A stretch of 64,000 nt of DNA from a virus: positions 32,001-96,000 of the IMG/VR virus record IMGVR_UViG_3300021560_000013; one strand, given 5' to 3'. The translations under genes and the position numbers were made by a program. The notes beneath the pieces were generated by a model. It saw nothing but the letters and a program-made list of their open reading frames with translations, was not told the DNA's origin and did not search any database. Position 1 is the first letter of the stretch. Each line of letters begins with the position of its first letter. This document shows positions 53,375 through 62,062 of this stretch, piece by piece.

Positions 53375-56365
53375 GTGGCGGTCCAGCCCGCTGATCAGCA
53401 GCCCCAGCCGGTCCATCCGGATGTCCAGCGGCTGATCGACGCCGCGCAGATCGGCGCGACGATCCAGGCGGGCGTTGCCGTGTCGAAGGCGGCGGTGACA
53501 GCCGGGCCAATCGCGGTGACCGTGCTGCCACGCGCCGCAGCGGAGATCGTAGGTGCGCCGGTCGAACTGGCGGCGCACGCCGTCAAGTGGGCGGTCATCC
53601 TCCGCGTCCTGCGCCGCCTGTTCCGGCGGCATCACATGGAGACCGCCAGCTGGCTGGAGACGCAGCTGCGCAAGCAGTTCCCCGACCTGGATCCGGCGGT
53701 GATCCGGCAGGCCGTCGAGCAGGAGTTGAAGTTCGAGCGCGCGTTCCAGGCGAAGGCGCTCAAGCGCGCCGAGGCGGACTTCCACGCGGCGGGCCAGCTG
53801 CCGACACCCGAGGCGCAGGCGACGCGCGTCCAGCAGATCCTGAACCGCGAGAAGCACTACAGCCAGCTGCGCGAGCAGGCGCTGCTCGACCGGGCGATGC
53901 GCTTCTGCCACAACGCGACGGTCAAGGCGATCTCGCCGGACGGCGCGAAGTGGGTGCTCGGCCAGCGCAAGACGCACACGCCGGGCTGCGTCGCGATGGC
54001 GGGCAAGAACTGGCCGTGGCCGGTGCTCGACGTGATCAACCCGCCGGTCCACACCGGGTGCGGCTGCGAGCTTCGACCGCTCAGGCCGGGCGACACCGTC
54101 CCGCCAGTCGGCACGGCGATGAACCTGGCCCGCCAGGCGATGGCCCTGGAGGAGGCTGTAAGGGCCGCTGCGCCCGGCGAGATCGAAGCCTGGCTCCAGG
54201 GTCAGGTGGTGCGCCCCGTGGTCGCCAGGGCGCTCCAGCGGCTCCAGGAGGGCACGTACGAGGAGGCGCTCCACCCGCGTGGCCGTGGCGGCAAGTGGAT
54301 CGGCAAGCTGCTCAGCAGCCCCGGCTTCACGCAGCGCCGCCAGGCGCACGAGGTCCACGACGCGTTCCGGCGCGGTGAGGACGTGAGCGTGAGCAAGGTG
54401 GTCGATTCGCGCGCCGAGGCGACCAAGCAGTTCAAGACCGACTTCCTGGCAGCGATGCGCGAGGCCCGGCCCGGCTACGGCACCGGCAAGGTCCAGATCG
54501 CGGAAGGCTCGGTCGATGATCCCGAACTGATCAAGCGCGTCCAGCAGGCCGCTGAGTGGTTCCCGAAGGAATGGATAGACAGGGCCGGACCGCTCCGCGT
54601 GGTCGAGTCCAAGAGCCCCGGCGTCTACGCGCTGCGCGCCGAGGTGGCGAAGGACCACATCTCGACCATCGCGCTCCGCAAGGACTCGTGGGAGAAGAAC
54701 ATCGTCCACGAGATGATGCACTGGCTAGAGGAGAAGAACCCCGAGGTTCACAAGGCGGCGCAGGAGTTCCTCGACCGCCGCACCGAGGGCCAGGAGATCG
54801 AGCCGCTGATCAACGGCGCGCCGCACGAGGAGGTGAAGGAGGGCGGCTTCGTTGACCCGTACATGGGCAAGATCTACAACCACCCGTCCACCGAAGTGCT
54901 GACGATGGCGATGGAGGGGCTGGTCGCAGGGGCGATCCGCGTCGAGGACGACCCGGACCACTTCGCGATGCTGCTGAGCACGCTGACCGGCCAGAAGGTC
55001 GAGCCGTCCGAAGTCGGCACGTTCGGCCAGGGCTTCGACCTGAGCGGACTGAAGACGGCCAAGGCCAAGACGGCGGCGACAGCTGCCGCCCGCGCGATCG
55101 AGACGGCGACCGGCGTCGTTCACCCGGTGAAGTTCACTCACCTGGATCCGGACGATCCGGCGACGGCGCGCTCGCTCCCGAGCGGGCACATCGCGGTGGA
55201 CGAGAGCACCAGCCCGCACTTCCAGATCTCCGCGATCGTCCACGAGTACGCGCACAACATGGACCGGTCGGTGCTCGGCTCCGAGGACGACTGGTTCACC
55301 CAGCACGCGGACGAGTCCGGCCCGCTCTACAAGGCGCTGATGGCGTCGCCCACCGTCCAGAAGATCAAGAACGACGAGGTGGAGATCCTGAAGGGCGACC
55401 CGCGCACGACGGCGCAGCTGCTCCAGGCCCGCGAACTGTTCGCCCGAGCGTTCGAGCAGTACGTCGCGATGCGCGGCGGCAACGAGCGGCTGCGCGAGAA
55501 CCTGCGCAAGCTCCAGGGCGACCGGCTGCTCAGCTTCCAGCAGTGGCAGGACGACGAGTTCAAGCCGATCGCCGCCGAGATGGACAAGATCGTGCGCCAG
55601 CAGCACGCCGTCCAGGAGAGCAAGTGGACCGAGTGGCTCCACCCGCGTGGACGCGGCGGTCAGTGGGTCGATGCGATCCAGCACGTCAGCAAGGAGATCG
55701 AGCAGCCCGAGGCGCACGAGGGCTTCACCGGCGAGGACTTCGCCAGGGGGCTGGACGGCTTCACGCACGGCGACCTGACGGCGATGCGCATGAACCGCAC
55801 CGACACGCAGAACCTGTTCGGGGAGGTCTGGCTGAACGTGTTCCACAAGGGCCGGGGCGAGCCCGTCGGCATGGCGCGCGTCACGATCAAGCCGCCGACC
55901 AACCAGGGCGTCCGCTCGATCGAGTTCAACAACATCGTGCTCAAGGAGGCCGAGCAGAACCAGGGGTTCGGCAAGGCGTTCACCGATCACCTGTTCAAGG
56001 TGGCGCGCGAGGGCGGCGTGGACAAGATGGAGATCGAGGCGGTGTCCGTCGGCGGCTACGCGTGGGCCAGGCGAGGGTTCGTGTGGACCGGCGACAAGGG
56101 CGCGCAGCAGCGCGCGATCCTGGCCGACGCGAAGGAGAAGGGCCGCTACCAGGCGATCCAGGAGCACGTTCGGCAGAAGCTCCTGGAGGAGCTTGACCGC
56201 AAGATCGCTGCCGGTGAGTTCACCAGCGAGGCCGAGCTTGCCGCGTTCGGCCACGGCGAGTACTGGAAGGACGAGGACGGCAACCGCACCTGGCTGGGCA
56301 AGGAGTTGATGATGGGCTCGCACTGGGAGGGCGACCGCCCGATCACCGTCACCACTAGCGCATGA
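53375..56365 (+). CDS. MuF-like head morphogenesis protein fused to two zincin metallopeptidase domains and a GNAT domain
   Basis: HTPGC..MAG...PPVHTGCGC; HEMMH...EVLTM; HEYAH...ELFARAFEQY; QNQGFGK...VGGYAWARRGF. Confidence 0.8.
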   Translation: MAVQPADQQPQPVHPDVQRLIDAAQIGATIQAGVAVSKAAVTAGPIAVTVLPRAAAEIVGAPVELAAHAVKWAVILRVLRRLFRRHHMETASWLETQLRKQFPDLDPAVIRQAVEQELKFERAFQAKALKRAEADFHAAGQLPTPEAQATRVQQILNREKHYSQLREQALLDRAMRFCHNATVKAISPDGAKWVLGQRKTHTPGCVAMAGKNWPWPVLDVINPPVHTGCGCELRPLRPGDTVPPVGTAMNLARQAMALEEAVRAAAPGEIEAWLQGQVVRPVVARALQRLQEGTYEEALHPRGRGGKWIGKLLSSPGFTQRRQAHEVHDAFRRGEDVSVSKVVDSRAEATKQFKTDFLAAMREARPGYGTGKVQIAEGSVDDPELIKRVQQAAEWFPKEWIDRAGPLRVVESKSPGVYALRAEVAKDHISTIALRKDSWEKNIVHEMMHWLEEKNPEVHKAAQEFLDRRTEGQEIEPLINGAPHEEVKEGGFVDPYMGKIYNHPSTEVLTMAMEGLVAGAIRVEDDPDHFAMLLSTLTGQKVEPSEVGTFGQGFDLSGLKTAKAKTAATAAARAIETATGVVHPVKFTHLDPDDPATARSLPSGHIAVDESTSPHFQISAIVHEYAHNMDRSVLGSEDDWFTQHADESGPLYKALMASPTVQKIKNDEVEILKGDPRTTAQLLQARELFARAFEQYVAMRGGNERLRENLRKLQGDRLLSFQQWQDDEFKPIAAEMDKIVRQQHAVQESKWTEWLHPRGRGGQWVDAIQHVSKEIEQPEAHEGFTGEDFARGLDGFTHGDLTAMRMNRTDTQNLFGEVWLNVFHKGRGEPVGMARVTIKPPTNQGVRSIEFNNIVLKEAEQNQGFGKAFTDHLFKVAREGGVDKMEIEAVSVGGYAWARRGFVWTGDKGAQQRAILADAKEKGRYQAIQEHVRQKLLEELDRKIAAGEFTSEAELAAFGHGEYWKDEDGNRTWLGKELMMGSHWEGDRPITVTTSA

Positions 56366-56378
56366 TGTGCGCTACACT
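56356..56378 (+). promoter_or_regulatory. Palindrome + -10 TACACT
   Basis: TAGCGCATGATGTGCGCTA-CACT. Confidence 0.7.
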
Positions 56379-56389
56379 GTAGTCAGACT

Positions 56390-59300
56390 ATGGATTGGGC
56401 GACAGCAGCAGCAACCGTGAGCGACAGGGCAAACCTGTCCGAGCCACCCGACGCGCCCGGCGATGACTGGGACTTCTGGGACGAGGTGCAGAAGCTCGTT
56501 GACCCCGAGCTTCAGGAGGCATACGCAGCAGAGCTTCACCCGCGCGATCGCGCCGGGCGCTGGATGGAGAAGCTGGGGCTGAACCGCCTGCACGAGGTGG
56601 GCGGCGCACCGCGCGACGACCTGCTCGGCAAGATCCCGAAGGACATCGACTACATGGCCGTCGAGTCACCCGAGGAGATCCAGCGCAAGGTCGAGGCAGC
56701 TGGAGGCAAGGCCGAGCCGCTGATGGTCCGAGACCGGCTCGTGGGCGTTCGCGCGACGCACCCGGATCTGCCGCCCGGCGGCGTCGAGATCGTGCCGCCG
56801 CGCGTCGAGCAGTCCACCGGCGAGGGCCGACACGACTTCGCGATCGTGCCTCATCCCGGCCTGGGCACCGGCGCGAGCCCGGAGCACATGATCTCCGACG
56901 ACGCGCAGCGCCGGGACTTCACCGTCAACGCGATGTACCACGACACGGCGACCGGCGAGACGGTCGATCCGACCGGCCACGGCGTCGAGGACGCGCGCAC
57001 GCGCACGCTGCGCATGGTCCACGACCAGAGCTTCCAGGAGGACCCGCTGCGGATGCTGCGCGGCGCACGGTTCGCCTCACAGCACAACCTGACGCCGGAC
57101 CCGGCGACGTTCGCCGCGATGCAGCGCGACTCCGGAGGCATGACCGCGCTCACGCAGAAGGGTGTGAGCGGCACCGTCCAGGACGAGATGCGCAAGCTCC
57201 TGATGGGCGACAACCCCGGCAAGGGCCTGCGACTCATGCGCGACACCGGCATGCTGCAGCAGCTGCTGCCCGAGCTTGCGCCGATGGTCGGGTTCGACCA
57301 GCGCTCCGTCTACCACGAGCACACCGTGGATGAGCACACGTTCGAGGTGGTTGACGAGTTGGCGAAGGCGGGCGCGAGCTACGAGGCACGGCTCGCGGCG
57401 CTGTTCCACGACTCGGGCAAGCCAGCGACCGCGAACCTCAAGCCGGACGGCCACTTCCGCTTCCACTCGCACCCCGAGCACGGCGATCACCAGGACGTGG
57501 GAGCGCAGATCGCGCACGACACGCTGAGGCGGCTGAACTACCCGAAGGACACGCTCGACCACGTCACCGGCCTGGTGCGCGAGCACATGCTCACCGCCGT
57601 CACCAAGCCGACGCCGGTCAAGGCCAGGCGGCTCCGAGCCCGCTTCTCGGACAAGTTCCTGACCGACCTGCTCGACCACAAGGCCGCTGACATGGAGGGC
57701 CACGGCGACATGGTGGCGAAGGACCGCGAGGGGATCGGCAAGCTCCGCGCGCTGCTGGCCGAGAACGCCGACGCGCCGCGCTCGCTGAAGGATCTGAACG
57801 TCAACGGGCACGACCTGATGGCCGAGGGAATCGCGGAGGGTCCGGTGATCGGCCAGACGCTCAACCAGCTACTACGCGAGGTCGTGGACAACCCGGACCT
57901 GAACCGGCGCGAGTGGCTGCTGAACCGGGCTGCGAAGCTGGCGGCGCTGAGCACCCAGGAGTGGGCCGCACTGGAGGAAGCGAACATCTACGAGGAGGCG
58001 CTCCACCCGCGCGATCGACTGGGCAAGTGGATGTCCAAGGAGTTCGGTGAGCAGCTGGCCCGGCCCGGCAACAAGCGCAGCGGGAAGAAGCCGACGCCGT
58101 ACAGGCCCGCGCAATGGACCGACACCGGCCAGGACTTCCAGACGATGGCGCACGAGGCCGCGCAGCTGGTTCACCCCGAGGGGACGCCCGAGGAGCACGC
58201 CGAGATCGCCAGGGCCGTGACTGCCGACAGGCCACCGCCGAGGGGCGTGAGCAAGGAGGCGAAGAAGGCGGCGAAGAAGCTGCGCGACAAGAGCGCGCCC
58301 GAGGGCCGCTGGGGCCAGTACATCTACCGGCTGCACGGCATCGCCGCCGCCGCTCACGCCGACCAGACCGACCGGAGCGGCAAGCCGTACATCCAGCACG
58401 TCGAGGCGGTGGCTGACTCCGTCTCGGATGAGGCCAAGCCGGTGGCGCTGTTCCACGACGCGCTGGAGGACGCCGAGCTAACGCCCGAGGTGCTGAAGGC
58501 GGCGCTGACCGAGCCGCACGTAATGACCCCCGAGCAGGCGCAGACGATCGTTGACGCGATCGGGCTGCTGACCCACGACGACGCGGAGTCCTACGGCGAG
58601 TACATCGACCGGCTCGCGAACGCGCCGGGCAAGGCGGGCGAGCTTGCACGCGAGGTGAAGCGCGCCGACCTGCAGCACAACCTGGGCCGCATGACCCCGG
58701 AGATCGTCCGCGACGCGCCGCAGCTGCAGGAGCGCTACGGGAAGGCGCTGCGGACGCTCGCGCCCGAGCGCACGCCGATCTCGCAGCGCGGCGCGCCGCT
58801 GAACGTGAACAACCTGGACGAGGCGACGGTGCTGGCCCGGCTGCGCAAGCTGTACGAGGCGAGTGAGCAGGCGGGCACGGCTGAGATCGAGAAGCACTGG
58901 TACCAGCAGGCGCACGACGAGATCGCCGCGCTGGCCGAAGAGCACGACGTTGACCCGCATGTGCTCGCCGCGATGGTGGCCGCGACATCGCCGCAGCTGA
59001 CCTGGCGTCACGAGTTCAAGGACGGGCGTGTCAAGTACCCGAACCTCGAACTGGCGGTCAACGCGATCAGGCTCGCGCGCCGCTACCCGGACGAGCCCGC
59101 GCCGAAGCTGGTGGACCGGCTGGTCGAGGCGTCCACGAAGCGCACGCCCGAGGAGCGCAAGGCCGGACCGAGCGAGCTTGGTGGGCTGGGCGAGTCGATC
59201 CTCAAGGCGATCCGGATCTACCGGGGCGAGGATCCCGAGCGGGTCCTCGGCGCGCCCAAGACGCGCTCGTTCGCGAACAACCTGACCTACCCGGACCAGG

Positions 59301-59560
59301 CGACGACGGTCACGATGGACGAGCACATGGCCCGCGCGGTGATCGGCCAGGTCAGCAAGGAGGGCTACGGCGGCGGCGCAGGCGTGTTCAACGAGACCGC
59401 CGAGGGGTCGGGCTACACCTGGAGCGCCAACATGGTCAAGCGGCTGGCCGAGGAGAAGGGCGTCCTCCCGCATCAGGCGCAGGCGATCGTCTGGGTGGCG
59501 CAGAAGGCGCTCGCGGACGCCGCCGAGGCCGAGGCCAAAGCCGCCAAGGCGAAGGGCTAA
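56390..59560 (+). CDS. Polyvalent protein: CCA-adding/poly(A)-polymerase-family nucleotidyltransferase with HD domain, SpoT/Mesh1-like HD hydrolase, and a C-terminal helical (glycosylase-like) domain
   Basis: VGGAPRD.LLG..PKDID, RRDFTVNAM, EDPLRMLRGARF, HT...FHDSGK; AHADQTDRSGKPYIQH...FHDALED...VKRADLQHN; WY..A...ATSPQ...PKT.SF..N...VTMDEHM...QAQA..W. Confidence 0.85.
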   Translation: MDWATAAATVSDRANLSEPPDAPGDDWDFWDEVQKLVDPELQEAYAAELHPRDRAGRWMEKLGLNRLHEVGGAPRDDLLGKIPKDIDYMAVESPEEIQRKVEAAGGKAEPLMVRDRLVGVRATHPDLPPGGVEIVPPRVEQSTGEGRHDFAIVPHPGLGTGASPEHMISDDAQRRDFTVNAMYHDTATGETVDPTGHGVEDARTRTLRMVHDQSFQEDPLRMLRGARFASQHNLTPDPATFAAMQRDSGGMTALTQKGVSGTVQDEMRKLLMGDNPGKGLRLMRDTGMLQQLLPELAPMVGFDQRSVYHEHTVDEHTFEVVDELAKAGASYEARLAALFHDSGKPATANLKPDGHFRFHSHPEHGDHQDVGAQIAHDTLRRLNYPKDTLDHVTGLVREHMLTAVTKPTPVKARRLRARFSDKFLTDLLDHKAADMEGHGDMVAKDREGIGKLRALLAENADAPRSLKDLNVNGHDLMAEGIAEGPVIGQTLNQLLREVVDNPDLNRREWLLNRAAKLAALSTQEWAALEEANIYEEALHPRDRLGKWMSKEFGEQLARPGNKRSGKKPTPYRPAQWTDTGQDFQTMAHEAAQLVHPEGTPEEHAEIARAVTADRPPPRGVSKEAKKAAKKLRDKSAPEGRWGQYIYRLHGIAAAAHADQTDRSGKPYIQHVEAVADSVSDEAKPVALFHDALEDAELTPEVLKAALTEPHVMTPEQAQTIVDAIGLLTHDDAESYGEYIDRLANAPGKAGELAREVKRADLQHNLGRMTPEIVRDAPQLQERYGKALRTLAPERTPISQRGAPLNVNNLDEATVLARLRKLYEASEQAGTAEIEKHWYQQAHDEIAALAEEHDVDPHVLAAMVAATSPQLTWRHEFKDGRVKYPNLELAVNAIRLARRYPDEPAPKLVDRLVEASTKRTPEERKAGPSELGGLGESILKAIRIYRGEDPERVLGAPKTRSFANNLTYPDQATTVTMDEHMARAVIGQVSKEGYGGGAGVFNETAEGSGYTWSANMVKRLAEEKGVLPHQAQAIVWVAQKALADAAEAEAKAAKAKG

Positions 59561-59580
59561 CTCACGATGTGCGCTATAAT
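59558..59580 (+). promoter_or_regulatory. Palindrome + consensus -10 TATAAT (leaderless)
   Basis: TAACTCACGATGTGCGCTA-TAAT, 7 nt before ATG 59588. Confidence 0.8.
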
Positions 59581-59587
59581 GAAGGGT

Positions 59588-61432
59588 ATGGATCCAGTTG
59601 CCCCCATCACCCCGGACGACCCGGTGAGCATCGACACCTTCGAGGCCGTGATGGCCGCGATGGACGACCTGATCGGTGGCGACGGCACGCTCGCGGAGGC
59701 GTTCAACCCGAACCAGCCGCGCTTCCCGAAGGGCCACGCGAAGGCGGGCCAGTGGCGACCCAAGCTCGTGACCGGCGCAGGCGGGCTCGCGCCCGGCCAC
59801 CTCGATCGCGACATCCGGAAGATCAACGACCTGATCGAGCAGGGGACCGGCGGCGGCACCGTCGTGAACGTGTCACCCGGCAGCCTGGACGTGATCGGCC
59901 AGCAGGTCGAGAAGGTGGCGCTGAAGTACTCGGCGCGCAAGGTCTACGAGAAGCGTCTGGAGGACATCCGCGCCGAGCGCACGGCGATCCAGGACGCCAA
60001 GTGGGACGCGTACGAGAAGGCGTGGCGCGCCGCGCCGCCGTTCGAGGAGCGCGACCCGCTGGAGCCCGAGGACTTCATCGACCCGAAGGACGCCGCCCGG
60101 CTGAAGGAGATCGCGGAGGAGGAGATCAAGCTCGTCAAGCAGCGTGACTTCGCTGACCGCGACGCGATGCTCGGCGTGCTCCAGAAGATCCGCCCGATGG
60201 GCGGCAAGCTGAACGTCGCGCCGTGGACCGAGAACAAGATCGAGGCGCGCACCGACAACGAGATCGAGAAGGCGTACCGCGAGCAGGAGCTAGCGCGAGG
60301 AGCGGGCGCGAAGGTGCTGATGCAGCGCGACCTGGAGGCCAACCTCAAGCAGGTGCTGAAGCTGATCCCCAAGGCGTGGCTGGACGACACCAACAGCAAG
60401 GGCACCGTCAACTTCCTGTTCTCCGACACCCGCGCGTACGCCGACACGCGCGAGGAGACGCCGCCCGGCCAGTGGGACGAGTGGAAGGGTGCGCGCAAGG
60501 CGCTCGACACGCTGGCGGGCGAGGGCTACAAGCTGCTGGGCCGCGACAAGAAGGTGAGCACGTTCCTGATGCTCGAAGCGCCGAACGGCGACGTGGTGGC
60601 GCTGCGCTCCGACGGCTCGATCCCGAAGGGCGTCGGTGAGTTCTCCGACACCGCGCTGGTGCTCAGCAAGGAGGGCACATGGACGCTGCCCGGCTTCACC
60701 GAGCACGCGACGGCCAAGGACGCGAAGAAGTTCGTGACGCCGATGAAGACGCTCCCGCCCGAGCCGACGATCCCGTCCCCGTCGAGCGCGATGGGCCAGA
60801 ACTGGGATCCGTACGAGCGCATGCGCACCGCCGTCGCCAAGCGCGAGCAGGAGGGCTGGAAGTTCGTCGGCATGCGCGGCAAGTGGGCGACGCTGCGCAA
60901 GGGCGACGAGGAGATCTCGCTGAACTGGGCGGGCGACCCGCTGACCAAGCAGGTCGGCCAGGGCGGCAAGGACCGGGGTCTCGACCCGCTGAACCCGTAC
61001 GTGGTGATCCCAGCGCCGCCGGTGCCGAGCCAGACGAACACGACGATCAAGATCGACCCGAGGCCCGGCGACAAGGACACGCTGCTGCACGAGCTATGCC
61101 ACCGCATGGAGGTGGTCTACGGCGAGCAGAACAACGCGGGCTACCACCCGCTGTCGATGGCGATGCACAGCTTCTTCAACAGCCGCACCAAGGGCGAGGA
61201 GACGCAGAAGCTCCGGGACCTGTACCCCGGCTACGCCTACGAGGGCCACGAGATCTCCAAGCCGGACAAGTTCATCGACGGCTACTGCGGCAAGATCTAC
61301 AAGGGCGAGAGCACGGAGCTACTGACGATGGGCCTGCAGTACCTGTTCTTCCCCCGCTTCGGCTCAAACCGTGACGTGAACAAGGATCCGGCGTACCGGC
61401 GGCTGATCCTCGGAGTGATGGCGACGCTATGA
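59588..61432 (+). CDS. Protein with a C-terminal zincin metallopeptidase, paralogous to the first MuF peptidase module
   Basis: HELCHRME...RT.GE...F.D.Y.GKIY...TELLTMG matches HEMMHWLE...RT.GQ...F.D.Y.GKIY...TEVLTMA. Confidence 0.75.
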   Translation: MDPVAPITPDDPVSIDTFEAVMAAMDDLIGGDGTLAEAFNPNQPRFPKGHAKAGQWRPKLVTGAGGLAPGHLDRDIRKINDLIEQGTGGGTVVNVSPGSLDVIGQQVEKVALKYSARKVYEKRLEDIRAERTAIQDAKWDAYEKAWRAAPPFEERDPLEPEDFIDPKDAARLKEIAEEEIKLVKQRDFADRDAMLGVLQKIRPMGGKLNVAPWTENKIEARTDNEIEKAYREQELARGAGAKVLMQRDLEANLKQVLKLIPKAWLDDTNSKGTVNFLFSDTRAYADTREETPPGQWDEWKGARKALDTLAGEGYKLLGRDKKVSTFLMLEAPNGDVVALRSDGSIPKGVGEFSDTALVLSKEGTWTLPGFTEHATAKDAKKFVTPMKTLPPEPTIPSPSSAMGQNWDPYERMRTAVAKREQEGWKFVGMRGKWATLRKGDEEISLNWAGDPLTKQVGQGGKDRGLDPLNPYVVIPAPPVPSQTNTTIKIDPRPGDKDTLLHELCHRMEVVYGEQNNAGYHPLSMAMHSFFNSRTKGEETQKLRDLYPGYAYEGHEISKPDKFIDGYCGKIYKGESTELLTMGLQYLFFPRFGSNRDVNKDPAYRRLILGVMATL

Positions 61433-61701
61433 GCGCGAGCTTCACCTACACCGGCACCCTGGACGGCCACGACGTGACCGGCCAGGTCAAGGACGGCAGG
61501 ATCCTGGGCAACCCGTTCGTCGCGATCCGCGTCAAGGCTCTGGTGGACGACGGCACGAACATCGGGCTCGGACCGTGGGCCGGACCGGCGACGCTGGACG
61601 ACGAGATCCTTGCCAGGGCGACCGTCGCGGCGGTGATCGACAAGCCGAGCTTCGACCCGCCGGTCGAGACCGAGCCGCTGCCCGAGGGCGTCGTCTCCTA
61701 A
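61429..61701 (+). CDS. Small protein coupled to the peptidase gene
   Basis: ATGA overlap. Confidence 0.65.
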   Translation: MSASFTYTGTLDGHDVTGQVKDGRILGNPFVAIRVKALVDDGTNIGLGPWAGPATLDDEILARATVAAVIDKPSFDPPVETEPLPEGVVS

Positions 61702-61744
61702 CTCGAATCCTGAGCCAGCCGGGCGCGCCCTTAGAGTCCGGGGC

Positions 61745-62062
61745 ATGCAACAGATCGTCCAGCGGGTCTGGAAGGAACCGGCAGTCGCGATCGGCCTGGT
61801 GACCAGCATCGCGCTCGCCATCATCGTCGTGATCTCCGGTGACTCATGGAACGTGTCCACCATCACCGGCGTCATAGCGCCGTTCGCGTCAGCGCTCGGC
61901 ATCCGCACGCAGGTGAAGCCCGTCGGCAGGCCCGACGAGGCGACGCCGCCGCCGGTAACGCTCACGCCAGCGCCAACGCCAGAATCTGCGCCTACGCCAG
62001 AAGAGCCGCCGCCAGCTGACCATGACGAGAGTGTGATCACTCCCGGCGACCCGACGAAGTGA
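61745..62062 (+). CDS. Putative holin (2 TM segments)
   Basis: KEPAVAIGLV...; R.QVKP motif as in actinophage holins; precedes the lysins. Confidence 0.65.
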   Translation: MQQIVQRVWKEPAVAIGLVTSIALAIIVVISGDSWNVSTITGVIAPFASALGIRTQVKPVGRPDEATPPPVTLTPAPTPESAPTPEEPPPADHDESVITPGDPTK

